Assembly: GCA_037439965.1 (NCBI GenBank)
Contig: JBBIVB010000001.1
Coordinates: 31,895-95,894 of the forward strand
DNA length: 64,000 nt
Reading direction: 5' to 3'
Origin: Candidatus Veblenbacteria bacterium
Lineage (GTDB): Bacteria > Patescibacteriota > Patescibacteriia > Veblenbacterales > UBA10138
Numbering within the stretch: position 1 is the stretch's first letter; each line of letters opens with the position of its first letter. This document shows, in pieces, positions 38,523 through 49,140 of the stretch. Under the pieces are notes generated by a model. That model worked only from the letters and a program-made list of their open reading frames with translations, was not told the origin of the DNA and ran no database searches. The position numbers were made by a program, and so were the translations under genes.

Positions 38523-38990
38523 TTACTTAACTGCTACAATTTTATATCTAACTATACCCTTTGGCACCTGCACCTCTATATTCTCCCCTACTTTATGACC
38601 AATAAACGCTTGGCCTAAAGGCGATTCATTAGAAATACTACCATTAGCAGGATTAGCTTCACTAGAACCAACAATAGTAAAGGTTTGTTGTTTTTTCTTA
38701 TCTTCCTCAAATACTGTAACTTGAGAGCCAATTTTAATATAACCGTCGGTCTTTGAATTATCAATCAGTTCCGCATTTTTCAAAATATTCTCAATTTCTA
38801 TAATACGTCCTTCATTAAATGCCTGAACGTTTTTAGCCTCAGCATACTCCGCATTCTCAGATAAATCCCCTAGCTCTTTAGCATCTTGAATACGGGCAGC
38901 AATATCTTTACGAGCTTGCTTTAATCGGGCCAATTCCTGTTTAAGCTTAGCCAATCCTTCAGCTGTAATATATGTTTGATCTTGTGACAT
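38523..38990 (-). CDS. greA: Transcription elongation factor GreA
   Basis: MSQDQTYITAEGLAKLKQELARLK N-terminal coiled coil and a C-terminal FKBP-like domain. The ORF-track start 39005 adds 5 residues and is probably not used. Confidence 0.85.
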   Translation of the reverse strand: MSQDQTYITAEGLAKLKQELARLKQARKDIAARIQDAKELGDLSENAEYAEAKNVQAFNEGRIIEIENILKNAELIDNSKTDGYIKIGSQVTVFEEDKKKQQTFTIVGSSEANPANGSISNESPLGQAFIGHKVGENIEVQVPKGIVRYKIVAVK

Positions 38991-39187
38991 AAAATCCTCT
39001 AACAAATTTAATAAAAGCTCCCGGCATTAGGGTGGTATAGATAAAAGGCTACTACCTCTTAGTAAAAATGTCAAGGGGATATGTGGGGTTAAACGCGGGA
39101 ATTAAATAGAATCATAGCATCATCCCTCATCCCCTACCCGCCGTAATTCCGATAAAACGGGATAAGGGGGGTTAAGAGAATTTTGGT

Positions 39188-41098
39188 TTATAGTCGATTT
39201 TGGGCATACCAGGAAAAGATTTCCCTAGCTATGGGTACTGCTACTGTGCTACTATCTCCACCGTCTTCTATTAAAACCACTACTACTATAGATGGATCAT
39301 TATATGGTGCAAAACCAACAAACCAAGAATGTGGTGGCTTGCCAGCAGAAGTTTGGGCAGTACCTGTTTTACCGCCAACTTGAATAGGTAAATCACCCAG
39401 CAACCTAGCACTACCCGAAGTAATTGTTTGCCGCATCGCTTTAACTACTATACTGAGATTTTCCTCACTAATAGGAACGGTTTTAATAATTTCTGGTTCA
39501 ATTAAATTTGTTTGCTCACCTTCTACCAGCGCTTTAACTAAATGCGGTTTGAATAATAAACCACCATTAACTAAAGCACTATAAGCCACGCCAAGTTGTA
39601 AAGGGGTGGTTAAAAAATTACCTTGGCCAATGGATAAGTTATAAGTATCGCCCAAATACCACCGCTCGCCAATAATTTTTTCTTTCCAAGCTTCATCTGG
39701 CACTAAACCAGAGGCTTCACCTGCTAAATCAACACCGGTTTTGCTACCAAAATTAAAAGATTTTAAATATTTGGCAATTTTAGTTACTCCCAAACCTGAT
39801 TTATCTTCATAACCGCCACCTATTATATAAAAAAAGGTATTAACGGATTCAGCAATAGCTTTAAAAAGATCAGTTACCCCGTGACCGCCAGCCTTCCAAT
39901 CAGCAAAAAACCTATTTCCCGCCCAAATGCCGCCCGTGGATACAACTGTAGTTTTAGTAGTAATAATACCTTCGTTTAAAGCAGCGGCTGCTAACACTGG
40001 CTTAATAGTAGAACCCGAAGGATATTCTCCGCTAATTGCCCTATTAAATAACGGCTTATTTTGATCTGTTAACAACTTTACTGATTCTTTGGAATGACCT
40101 GGCGAAAAAACTTGGGGATCAAACAAAGGTGCTGAAACTAAAGATAATATTTCTCCGGTTTTAGGATTTAACACTAAAGCCGCTCCTTTACTTTTGCCAT
40201 AATTTTTTATTTGTCTAACTAAACTTTGAGCGACTTTTATTTGTAAATCGCTATCAATAGTTAAAATTAATCTTTTGCCTTCTTGTGGGTCGATTTGAGC
40301 AAAAACTTTTCTAGACTTACCTAAATTATCTACTTCTATCTCACGTTTACCTGGCTTACCTCTTAATTCATCTTCATACCAAGCTTCAATACCTAATCTA
40401 CCTATATAATCAGTTAACAAATAATCTTTGGTGGTTTGCTTATATTCTGCCAAAGTTAAAGGACTCATATAGCCTAAGATGTGCCCGGCATAAGTGCCTA
40501 ATAAATAATTACGACGGGTAGAAATGGTTATATTTACTCCTGGCCACTTAGCTTGTCTGCTAATTAACTGTAAAGCTAAATCGTGAGAAATATTTTCCTC
40601 TAAAACCAAAGGTTGATACGAACGCCAATCTATATCATTTAGCAAAGACTGATTGGTTAAAGTAGGTAAAAAACTTTTAAGCTGTTCCCATTGCTGCAAT
40701 CTAGCTGATTCAGTTTTTGGCCAATCAGCTGGAGTCATAGTTACAATATATTGAGGAACGTTTTCTACCAACTCTTTGCCATTACGGTCGGTAATTATTC
40801 CCCTCTGTGCCGGCAAGGTTTCTAATCTTATTCTATTACCTTCAGCAATAAAACGATATTCTTCGCCTTTTATCACCTGCAGCCATAAAACTCTAAAGTA
40901 TAATAAAGAATAAACTACTATTACTACCCACAAAAAAACTGCTGTTACTCGTAGTTCAATAACTCGCCGTAAACTACCCAACTCTTTTGAGGGAATACCA
41001 GTGCCCTCATATAATCTATCAGAAAAACCAGGCAAAGCACGATCGTTAATTTCGCCGCCTTTTACTTGAATAGTAAAAGGATTTTTATCTCGTAACAT
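39188..41098 (-). CDS. mrdA: Penicillin-binding protein 2 (elongasome D,D-transpeptidase)
   Basis: N-terminal TM, PBP dimerisation domain, transpeptidase motifs (STIKP-like SGSTIKP, SxN, KTGT as KTGTAQ). Positioned after mreBCD. Confidence 0.75.
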   Translation of the reverse strand: MLRDKNPFTIQVKGGEINDRALPGFSDRLYEGTGIPSKELGSLRRVIELRVTAVFLWVVIVVYSLLYFRVLWLQVIKGEEYRFIAEGNRIRLETLPAQRGIITDRNGKELVENVPQYIVTMTPADWPKTESARLQQWEQLKSFLPTLTNQSLLNDIDWRSYQPLVLEENISHDLALQLISRQAKWPGVNITISTRRNYLLGTYAGHILGYMSPLTLAEYKQTTKDYLLTDYIGRLGIEAWYEDELRGKPGKREIEVDNLGKSRKVFAQIDPQEGKRLILTIDSDLQIKVAQSLVRQIKNYGKSKGAALVLNPKTGEILSLVSAPLFDPQVFSPGHSKESVKLLTDQNKPLFNRAISGEYPSGSTIKPVLAAAALNEGIITTKTTVVSTGGIWAGNRFFADWKAGGHGVTDLFKAIAESVNTFFYIIGGGYEDKSGLGVTKIAKYLKSFNFGSKTGVDLAGEASGLVPDEAWKEKIIGERWYLGDTYNLSIGQGNFLTTPLQLGVAYSALVNGGLLFKPHLVKALVEGEQTNLIEPEIIKTVPISEENLSIVVKAMRQTITSGSARLLGDLPIQVGGKTGTAQTSAGKPPHSWFVGFAPYNDPSIVVVVLIEDGGDSSTVAVPIAREIFSWYAQNRL

Positions 41099-41594
41099 TG
41101 TTAAGATAAAAAAATTTATTAATTAACCAATAACTTGGAGCAAAAACCGTCAAAGTAATTAAATAAGTTAAGATAAAATTTAATAAATAATCTAATAAAT
41201 ATAACCAATGCGGATACATAACCTGATCACCCAGATAATATGGCAGCCAAGCTAAACACCAATGAATTAAAAAATAACCAATTAACCAAAAACTTAAACC
41301 AAATATCTTAGCGCCAAAGGTTAAAAGTGTTAAACGCTTAATCACTACTTTTGACCAAATAAAATGAACTAATAATAAAGTTAATAAATTAATAGGTAAA
41401 GATAAAGAATAAATTAAATCCATCACTACTGCCTGTAAATAAATAACGACTAAACCGACAGGTTTGTTGTATAAAAAATAAACTACCACCCCTAAAGCTA
41501 AAAACAAAGCTAGGTTATACGACACCAAACTATTGATAAAACCTTGTAAAGCTAAGCTAAAAACTACTAGTAATAAGGCAAAAATAATTTTCAT
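41085..41594 (-). CDS. mreD: Rod shape-determining protein MreD (putative)
   Basis: 169 aa polytopic membrane protein directly between mreC and mrdA. Confidence 0.45.
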   Translation of the reverse strand: MKIIFALLLVVFSLALQGFINSLVSYNLALFLALGVVVYFLYNKPVGLVVIYLQAVVMDLIYSLSLPINLLTLLLVHFIWSKVVIKRLTLLTFGAKIFGLSFWLIGYFLIHWCLAWLPYYLGDQVMYPHWLYLLDYLLNFILTYLITLTVFAPSYWLINKFFYLNNVTR

Positions 41595-42350
41595 TTACTT
41601 TATCACTACTTGTAAAATTCCTAACTTATTTAAATCAAGAGGAGAAACTACTACTGCTTCCTGAAATAAATCCCCTTCATGATACTCCACCGCCGCAATA
41701 CTGCCCAAAACTATTCCGCGGGGTATTAATTCATCTAAACCGCTAGTTATTACTAACTGGCCAGTTTTAACCTCTTCATTACTTGGTAATAATTTAATTT
41801 TAGTAGCTAAATTAAATTCGCCTTCTGCTAGACCACGAGTAGTTTGATTATTTAAAATTTCTACCGTAGTAGAAAATAATGGGGAGTTAACCAAAATCAT
41901 CTCGGCTACCTGAGGCTGAACTTTAACCACTACTCCAACCAACGTGCCGCCTGATAATACAGGGTAACCTAATTTAATATTACTAGTGCTACCCCTGTTT
42001 AATAAAAATGAAATACCTGTTTCGTCTTGCCTTTTACCAATGATTTCTACTCCCACTGTGGTAAATTCCTGACGAGGTAATAAAGATAATTCGCGCCGCA
42101 GTTGTTCATTTTCTAATCTTAATCTTTTTAATTCTGCCTGGCTTACTACTTCTATATTAGCCGCTTCACTATCCCCCACTCCAGTTTGTTTTAAATCCAA
42201 ACCTGTTTGATAGCCATAATAAACAGGAACAGAAGTATAAAAACTTAAACTACTTAAAATATTCTGCCACCAACTAGTGCGCCAGATAATTAGCCCTGCG
42301 ATAATTGCTAGAAAAATGGCAAGGGGGATTATATATTTGCGAAACCACAT
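41595..42350 (-). CDS. mreC: Rod shape-determining protein MreC
   Basis: N-terminal TM, coiled coil (LKRLRLENEQLRRELSLL), C-terminal beta domain, 251 aa. Confidence 0.65.
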   Translation of the reverse strand: MWFRKYIIPLAIFLAIIAGLIIWRTSWWQNILSSLSFYTSVPVYYGYQTGLDLKQTGVGDSEAANIEVVSQAELKRLRLENEQLRRELSLLPRQEFTTVGVEIIGKRQDETGISFLLNRGSTSNIKLGYPVLSGGTLVGVVVKVQPQVAEMILVNSPLFSTTVEILNNQTTRGLAEGEFNLATKIKLLPSNEEVKTGQLVITSGLDELIPRGIVLGSIAAVEYHEGDLFQEAVVVSPLDLNKLGILQVVIK

Positions 42351-42357
42351 AAAACTA

Positions 42358-43410
42358 TTACCTTATCTCGGTTGATTCCCGCGGCGGCAATAATAAATCT
42401 TTGGTGTGTTCCAAATCTTCTAAAATTATCCCTGCACCCCTGACTACACAAGTTAAAGGATCATCAGTTACTTGCACTGGAATAAACAATTCCGCTGATA
42501 TCAACTTATCTAAGCCTTTTAGCAACGAACCGCCGCCCACCATAATAATTCCACGCTGGTATATATCGGCTGCTAATTCTGGAGGGGTTTGCTCAATAGT
42601 AGACCTAATATTTTCAATAATTAACTTAATAATCTTAAGTAAAGCTTCTCTGATTTCTGTTTCACTTACCATAACCTCTCGCGGTAAACCAGTAATTAAA
42701 TGACGTCCGCGGACATTTATATTTAAAGGTTTGCTTTGTGGTATAGCTGAACCAATTTTTATTTTAACTTCCTCAGCAGTCTTTTCACCAACCAATAAAT
42801 TAAAATTTTCTCGTAAATAATGAATGATGCTATCGGTTAACTCATCACCAGCGACGCGTAAAGATTGCGAAGTAACCACTCCGCCTAAGGAAATTACCGC
42901 AATTTCTGTAGTACCACCGCCAATATCAACCAACATATTACCACTAGGGTCCCTAACAGGTAATCTAGCACCCAAAGCTGCAGCCATTGGCTCCTCTACC
43001 AATAAAACTTCCCTGGCGCCAGCTGATAACGCCGCGTCTTCTACTGCTTTACGTTCTACTTCAGTTACATCTAATGGAATACCAATAACTACTCTTGGCC
43101 TAGCTGCTAATCTAAAACCTTCTTTGTGCACGCGGTCAATAAAATATTTAAGCATTTTTTCTGTTACTTCAAAATCAGAAATAACACCATCTACTAGGGG
43201 TCTGGTAGCAATAATATGCGGCGGGGTTTTACCTAACATTTTTCTAGCTTCTTCTCCTACAGCTAAAATTTGATCCGAACGAGTATTCACCGCCACGATT
43301 GATGGCTCATTAATAATAATTCCCCTATCCTTCACATAAACCAGCGTATTAGCCGTGCCTAAATCTATAGCCATATCACGACTAAAGGCGGCAAATAACT
43401 TCTTTAGCAT
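42358..43410 (-). CDS. mreB: Rod shape-determining actin homolog MreB
   Basis: IDLGTANTLVYVKDRGIIINEPSIVAV phosphate-1 motif, 350 aa, full actin-fold motifs. Confidence 0.9.
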   Translation of the reverse strand: MLKKLFAAFSRDMAIDLGTANTLVYVKDRGIIINEPSIVAVNTRSDQILAVGEEARKMLGKTPPHIIATRPLVDGVISDFEVTEKMLKYFIDRVHKEGFRLAARPRVVIGIPLDVTEVERKAVEDAALSAGAREVLLVEEPMAAALGARLPVRDPSGNMLVDIGGGTTEIAVISLGGVVTSQSLRVAGDELTDSIIHYLRENFNLLVGEKTAEEVKIKIGSAIPQSKPLNINVRGRHLITGLPREVMVSETEIREALLKIIKLIIENIRSTIEQTPPELAADIYQRGIIMVGGGSLLKGLDKLISAELFIPVQVTDDPLTCVVRGAGIILEDLEHTKDLLLPPRESTEIR

Positions 43411-43443
43411 ACGCCTAAAGTTTAACTCTTTTTAATTTTTTGT

Positions 43444-44697
43444 CTAGACCTTGCGCTGAATAATAATTTTATTCAGCAACTCTTTAAGAGTAACGATTTT
43501 AATTTCATCGGTAGCGCGATTCTTTAATTCCACTTTATCTTTGGTTTTTTCACTCACCACTGCACGTAAAGGCAAACCAATTAGATCAGCATCATTAAAT
43601 TTTAAACCAGCCGATTCATCACGGTCGTCATACAATACCTCTATGCCTTGCTTTAATAAAGATTGATATAATTTATCAGCCGCGGTTTTAATTTTTTTAT
43701 CCTGACCTAAAACCAACAAGTGTACTAAATATGGCGCCACACTAGCAGGCCAAATAATTCCTTTATCATCATGGTTTACTTCTACAATAGTTCCCATTAC
43801 TCGCCCCGGACCAATACCATATGACGCCATCACTACTGGATGTTTTTTTCCAGACTCATCAGTATAAAATAAACTTAAAGCTTCGGAAAATTTAGTTCCC
43901 AGTTTGAAAATATTTCCTACTTCCACACTTTTACCATAATGCAAAATTCCTTTATGACAAATTGAGCAGGTTTTGTCTTCTTGACCTTTGGCTAATTCGG
44001 CATTTTGGGCAAAATTACAGTTATCACAATAAATTATAGCGTCCTCACCGGCTTCAGTTAAAACCTGAAATTCGTGGCTATATTTCTTGGTAAAAGCACC
44101 ACCCGAAGCCTCCACAACCAAAGCTTTTAAACCACATCTAGCAAATATTTTAAGATAAGCAACCTTAACTACTTCATAATATTTATCTAAATCATCTTCA
44201 GAGGCGTGAAAACTATATAAATCTTTCATTACAAACTCGCGTGTTCTAATAATACCTGATTTAGCCCGCGGCTCGTTTCTGAATTTTGTTTGCAATTGAT
44301 AAACGTACTTGGGTAAATCACGATATGAGGAAATAAAACGCTTGGCTATCCGAGTTATTGGCTCCTCGTGTGTCCACGCTAAACCAACAGCAGTACCCGT
44401 CTTCTCATTAAACTTATACATTATTTCCTCTGGTGTTACCCAACGATTAGTTGCTTCCCAAAGCTCCCTCGGCTGCAGCGAAGTCATTTCCATTTCTTGT
44501 CCGCCAATAGCATCCATTTCTTCCCGAATAATCTGCTCAATCTTTTTAAAAACGCGCCAACCCAAAGGAAGATAACTATAGGCACCCGCCATTTGTTTAT
44601 CAACAAACCCGGCTTTAATTAAAAGTTGCGCATTAATCGCCTGTTCATCAGCTGGTACGGTTTTAGAAGTTTTAGTAAATAATTCAGATTGTCGCAT
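43444..44697 (-). CDS. proS: Prolyl-tRNA synthetase, short form lacking the INS editing domain
   Basis: MRQSELFTKTSKTVPADEQAINAQLLIKAGF... N-terminus is near-canonical ProRS. Class II motifs are present. The 417 aa length is far shorter than the ~570 aa bacterial-type ProRS. Confidence 0.8.
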   Translation of the reverse strand: MRQSELFTKTSKTVPADEQAINAQLLIKAGFVDKQMAGAYSYLPLGWRVFKKIEQIIREEMDAIGGQEMEMTSLQPRELWEATNRWVTPEEIMYKFNEKTGTAVGLAWTHEEPITRIAKRFISSYRDLPKYVYQLQTKFRNEPRAKSGIIRTREFVMKDLYSFHASEDDLDKYYEVVKVAYLKIFARCGLKALVVEASGGAFTKKYSHEFQVLTEAGEDAIIYCDNCNFAQNAELAKGQEDKTCSICHKGILHYGKSVEVGNIFKLGTKFSEALSLFYTDESGKKHPVVMASYGIGPGRVMGTIVEVNHDDKGIIWPASVAPYLVHLLVLGQDKKIKTAADKLYQSLLKQGIEVLYDDRDESAGLKFNDADLIGLPLRAVVSEKTKDKVELKNRATDEIKIVTLKELLNKIIIQRKV

Positions 44698-44720
44698 AAC
44701 TAAAGGATAACAAATTTTAA

Positions 44721-45206
44721 TTAAGAAACAAGAACCTGACGCTGTCCTTTATATTCGCTATAAATTAAATAAACGATAACTATATCAATCATGGTAAAAA
44801 TGGCTAGCCATACGGAATGTGTATGATAATCTCTAAAAAGCTGATAAATAATAAACAAAGTCATTACAGTACAAGCCATAGGATACGACCATTTTTTATT
44901 TCTCCGTAAGCCACTTACTAAAACTACTTTCACTAAACTATAACTAATCAAATATAAAGCAATAAATATTTTAGTATCAATAGATAGATGATTAGCAAAA
45001 TCAACTAGAGCATTAGCAATTATATCATCAGGATCTTCAATTAATTCATATCTAGTAAAAAAATTAAATACTTTAATTATGCTGCCGGTACTAATAAATA
45101 GAACGACTAAACCACCCAAGAATCCTAAAATACCATCAATGCCTTTAATTAATAAACCCACGCGAAATAATTTGTGTTTGTCTAATATAATTTTTAAATC
45201 TACCAT
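44721..45206 (-). CDS. Hypothetical integral membrane protein
   Basis: 161 aa, four predicted TM helices. Confidence 0.35.
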   Translation of the reverse strand: MVDLKIILDKHKLFRVGLLIKGIDGILGFLGGLVVLFISTGSIIKVFNFFTRYELIEDPDDIIANALVDFANHLSIDTKIFIALYLISYSLVKVVLVSGLRRNKKWSYPMACTVMTLFIIYQLFRDYHTHSVWLAIFTMIDIVIVYLIYSEYKGQRQVLVS

Positions 45207-45209
45207 AGT

Positions 45210-46058
45210 TTATAAAGTTGTAATTGGTCTAAATTGAGTAATATAAAATTTACCAGCACTATAAGCCCATTCAATATCTTGCGGAGATTTATAGTGTTTT
45301 TCTATACTAAGGCATATTTTAGCTAACTCCAGAATTTGCTTACCAGTTAACTTTTGCTTACCAATTTTATCTTTAATAATATTTTTCCAAACATTACCTC
45401 CCTGTACCATGCCTTCTAAATAACGCGATAAGCCATAGCACGCCTTTATAATCATTTGATTTTTATCTTTAGTAACTGGGTAATAGTAAAAGCAATACCA
45501 GCGATTTCTGACTGCATCATAGCCTGCACTACCACGGCCACGGAAACTTTAGCTTTATGTAATTTTTTCTCATGAAGATAGAAAATAGCGCGCGGCGTAA
45601 ATAATGAGGACCAACAATCCTTTACTCTTTTAAGCAAAGTTTTTAATTGGTGTTTAAATAGGTTTCTAACTCCCCTACCCATGAGGCTTGTGAGTAATCC
45701 TCTGCTGTAACACTAGAGCGAACAGCAATCAATTTTACTTTGAGTTTTTTAAATTCTGTTAAAATTATTTTTTGTAAATCTTTTGGCATTTTAGCTTTAT
45801 TTATCATATCCCGAATAACTCGTGAAACTCGTTCTATTGTACTTACTTCATCATATTTTACATTTTTTAGTTAAGCCTCAATATCTACTTCCAAATCAGT
45901 TTCGTGAAAAATCTGTTAAAAGCCGATGTCAATATTACAAACCCCGGCGGCACGGGAATACCAGCTTGAGTCATCTCTCCTAAACTCGCCCGTTTACCAC
46001 CAGCTAAATGAACATCTTTTTTGGAAATTTTAGTAAAAGCTAAAATATGTGTTTCCAT
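45210..46058 (-). pseudogene. Pyruvate phosphate dikinase / PEP synthase N-terminal (PPDK_N, ATP-grasp) domain gene, disrupted by an in-frame stop and two or more frameshifts
   Basis: Minus-strand pieces in different frames are: METHILAFTKISKKDVHLAGGKRASLGEMTQAGIPVPPGFVILTSAFNRF...-stop; EVDIEA-stop-LKN...LIAVRSSVTAEDYSQASWVGELETYLNTN-stop; ...CWSSLFTPRAIFY...VAVVVQAMMQSEIAGIAFT; and ...QDIEWAYSAGKFYITQFRPITTL-stop. Confidence 0.6.
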
Positions 46059-46511
46059 ACATCAAAAGTTTACCAAAGCCTCTTACTCTTGACAAATTTA
46101 CTAAAATTAACGGTTAAAGTGAAAAAATCGTAAATTATAATTAAAATCAATCAAAAAAGCCAATAAAATGTCAAGGAGTTAAAAGTGAAGACTTTAATAT
46201 ACTGGAAACACTTGTAAAAACCTGGCTAACGCTCTGTACAATTATGAGTTCATTAGGTATTATCGCAATCGTTTATGAGATCATCGCGGAAATCGACGAC
46301 AACCAGCTATTCTAAAATTGAAAAAATGTTCGCACTAATGAAAGATGGAGAAACCGGCCTCGTTGTTGGCCACTCTACTTTTGGACCATAAAGACACATC
46401 ACATCTTTACTATTAGTACCTTTGAACAAAGACATCATAAAAGCATCAAAAAGCCGTTCTAACCAAGGTTCCCAATAATAACTCAGACTTTCTTTTTTAT
46501 TTGATTTTTAT

Positions 46512-47339
46512 TCATATCTTCTTAATTATACCTTTATTGGCGTCAACTTCTACCATATCTCTATCTTTTAATACCTCTAAGATACTTTTGATTCCAACAA
46601 TACAAGGCGTCCGCAACTCTCGTGCCACGATGGCAGTGTGACAAATTACCCCTCTATCTTCTGTTACATACAATAGCCGCCGCATTTTTCATGGCTGGTA
46701 CTAGTGCAGGAAAGGTAGTATGAGAAACCATAATATCTCCCTGTTTCATTTTAGGAATATCTCTTCGGGCATATTAATAATCCTAACTAGACCTTTAGCT
46801 AATCCTGGGCAAGCACAGGTACCACTTAAATTACTAATTTTAATCTTTAGCTCCCGCTCAAATTTTTGTTTACCTATAAATTTTTTAGCCTCCTTACTAA
46901 CCAATACCCTTTGTTTACCATTACTAAAATATACCACACTAAATTTCATCCGTTCGTTAGCTAACCGGGAAAAATCTTTCCCTTTAAGAACTAACGGCAA
47001 TTCTTTAGGTAATAAATATTTTGTTTACAATAATGACAATCCAGCACGTCTGCTAATTTCCGCTAAAATAAAATCTAACACAAAACAACCGTGAAAATAG
47101 CAATCTTTACGAAAACCTTTAATCCATATGATATCAGCCATTATATCAAACAGATGCTTTTCCTTATTTGATAATTTAAGTTCTTTGATGATTTTTCTGC
47201 GGACACGAGCAACTTTATTCATTTTGATACGCATTTTCTTTAATTCGGCATCCGGATTAACATCCTCATGCAATAAGCCACGCCAAACCTCTAGATAATA
47301 ATCAAAAGTATAAGCCGGACCCAAATAAGTGTAAGGCAC
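46512..47339 (-). pseudogene. PEP-utilizing enzyme (rifampin phosphotransferase / PEP synthase-like) C-terminal mobile-domain gene remnant, multiple frameshifts; the decayed region may extend to about 48027
   Basis: Fragments LSGTCACPGLAKGLVRIINMPEEI, MKQGDIMVSHTTFPALVPAMKNAAAIV and (next frame) TEDRGVICHTAIVARELRTPCIVGIKSILEVLKDRDMVEVDANKGIIKKI-stop together reconstruct a PEP-utilizing mobile domain (GxxxPG...TE.GG..sH.AIvARE..P.vVG). The ORF track shows only short ORFs here. Confidence 0.55.
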
Positions 47340-48027
47340 CCAACACCACTTTTGATAATGGTTGTATAACCGTTTTTTTATGCTAACCGATAACGAGGGA
47401 AATTGTTTTAATAATTCAGAAGTTGTATTACTAATAAACCAATATTTAACTTTTTTATTTTTTCTTAATACTCTTAAAATTCTAAATGATTCGATTTCTT
47501 CCTACTGTACTAATGACTGTCGCTCGGGTGTGATGAGTAAACTAAAAGTAGACGCTAAATCAATATTATCAGTTGGCGTTATTTTTTTCTCTAATAATTT
47601 CATTTGGCTTAAATATTGATGACGAAATAGCTGATTATGCCATGCTAAAAGTTTTTTATTAGATAAGTTTCAGTTTTTACTTACGATTTTTTTTGACAAA
47701 GGCAAAATATTTTTTATTTAAATCAATTGCATCGTGATGAATTTTATCTATCTTGTTTGGATTATTTATTACCACGTATAAAGTATTTTAATAATTGACC
47801 TTAATTCATCTTTGATAAAATAAGAGCCAGTATTATCCAAATTCTCTATAATCCACAAACAACTTTTTAATACCTTTTTGACTATAAATTTTATCTTGCA
47901 AGTCATAAATACCATGCTGTGATTCAGATATGATATTTAAACCTACCCGCTTAATTTCAAAATTTTTCCGCCAAATTAATTTCATAACTTTTTAGTTGGT
48001 TTAATACACCAAACCAACCTTTATATC

Positions 48028-49140
48028 TTAAAACCTCCATAACTTACTAACCGCCCCCAAAATGGAATTGCCAAATTTAAGTAAATCTTGATAAGTAATT
48101 AAAACTATCAGCAGTATTAAAAACACAAAGCCAATTTGATGCACCATAGCCTCTATTTTTTCATTATTAGGTTTACGTCTAATTTTCTCAATAATTACAA
48201 ATAATAATCGCCCACCATCTAAAGCTGGAAAAGGCAGAATATTAATAATGGCTAAATTTACTGATAGCAGTGCGGCGAACTGTAAAACATAAATCCAACC
48301 TAAATCAACTACTTGCCCGGTTAATACCGCGATACCCACCGGACCCACTACCTCAACTCCAGCTTGATGAGTAACTATTAAATTTCTAATTATCATTACA
48401 AAACCATTGACTATTTCATAAAGCAATATGCCAGTAGATTTAACCCCCATCCATAAAGATTGATACCAAGGATAAGAAATAATACCTGTTTCCACCAAAG
48501 AAACACCCATTACTGCACTATTACCAGACTGCTCCAAAATTTTAGGCGTTACTGTTACTTTTACAGTTTCGTTTCCCCGCGATAACTTTACCTCCATAGG
48601 AATATCTTTATGCCCTGCAATAAAATCCTGCATTACCTGTAAACTCATAAAATCATAGTCATTTATAGTAACCACGACATCGCCTGGTTTAATACCAGCC
48701 TCATGTGCCGGTGAATTAGGCAAAACGCTAAAAATCTGAATCTTCACATCTCTGGCATCTTTAATATTAGTTTCGTCTACTATAGTCGGTAAACCAGAAA
48801 CAAAACCAATAGACAATAAAATAAAGCACAAAACAACATTCATCACTACACCGGCTAATAAAATTATAGAGCGCTGCCAAGGTTTTTTAGCGGCAAAACT
48901 ATCGGGGTCGCGATTCTCACCAGATTCACCTTTTAACTTAACAAACCCGCCTAAAGGTAACCAATTTAAAGAATAACGCGTGCCGCTTTTCCTTAGCGTG
49001 CTTAGCAAGCGGGGTGGAAAACCAAAACCAAATTCCTCCACCTTAACGCCTAAAATTTTAGCCGAGACAAAATGACCAAGTTCGTGAGCTAACACTAACA
49101 AGGCAAGGATAGCAACAAAAACGATGATGGTAGTAAGCAT
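48028..49140 (-). CDS. rseP: Site-2 protease RseP (M50 zinc metalloprotease with PDZ domain)
   Basis: HELGHFVSAKILGV HExxH motif in TM1, a central PDZ domain, LDGG motif, 370 aa. Confidence 0.8.
   Translation of the reverse strand: MLTTIIVFVAILALLVLAHELGHFVSAKILGVKVEEFGFGFPPRLLSTLRKSGTRYSLNWLPLGGFVKLKGESGENRDPDSFAAKKPWQRSIILLAGVVMNVVLCFILLSIGFVSGLPTIVDETNIKDARDVKIQIFSVLPNSPAHEAGIKPGDVVVTINDYDFMSLQVMQDFIAGHKDIPMEVKLSRGNETVKVTVTPKILEQSGNSAVMGVSLVETGIISYPWYQSLWMGVKSTGILLYEIVNGFVMIIRNLIVTHQAGVEVVGPVGIAVLTGQVVDLGWIYVLQFAALLSVNLAIINILPFPALDGGRLLFVIIEKIRRKPNNEKIEAMVHQIGFVFLILLIVLITYQDLLKFGNSILGAVSKLWRF

Noticed and set aside
45210-45682. Two small minus-strand ORFs (81 aa and 76 aa) as independent genes
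   Set aside because: They are consecutive frame-shifted pieces of one PPDK_N domain gene, whose N-terminal part continues upstream to 46058.
46720-47619. Plus-strand ORFs 46720-47094 and 47362-47619
   Set aside because: They lie antisense to the PEP-utilizing-enzyme pseudogene fragments. Their translations are low-complexity with no family resemblance, so they are most likely spurious.
47994-48040. Putative N-terminus MEVLRYKGWFGV... for the decayed PEP-utilizing gene
   Set aside because: It would overlap the C-terminal codons of rseP in another frame. It is more likely that the true start of the remnant is lost. The boundary is left open.
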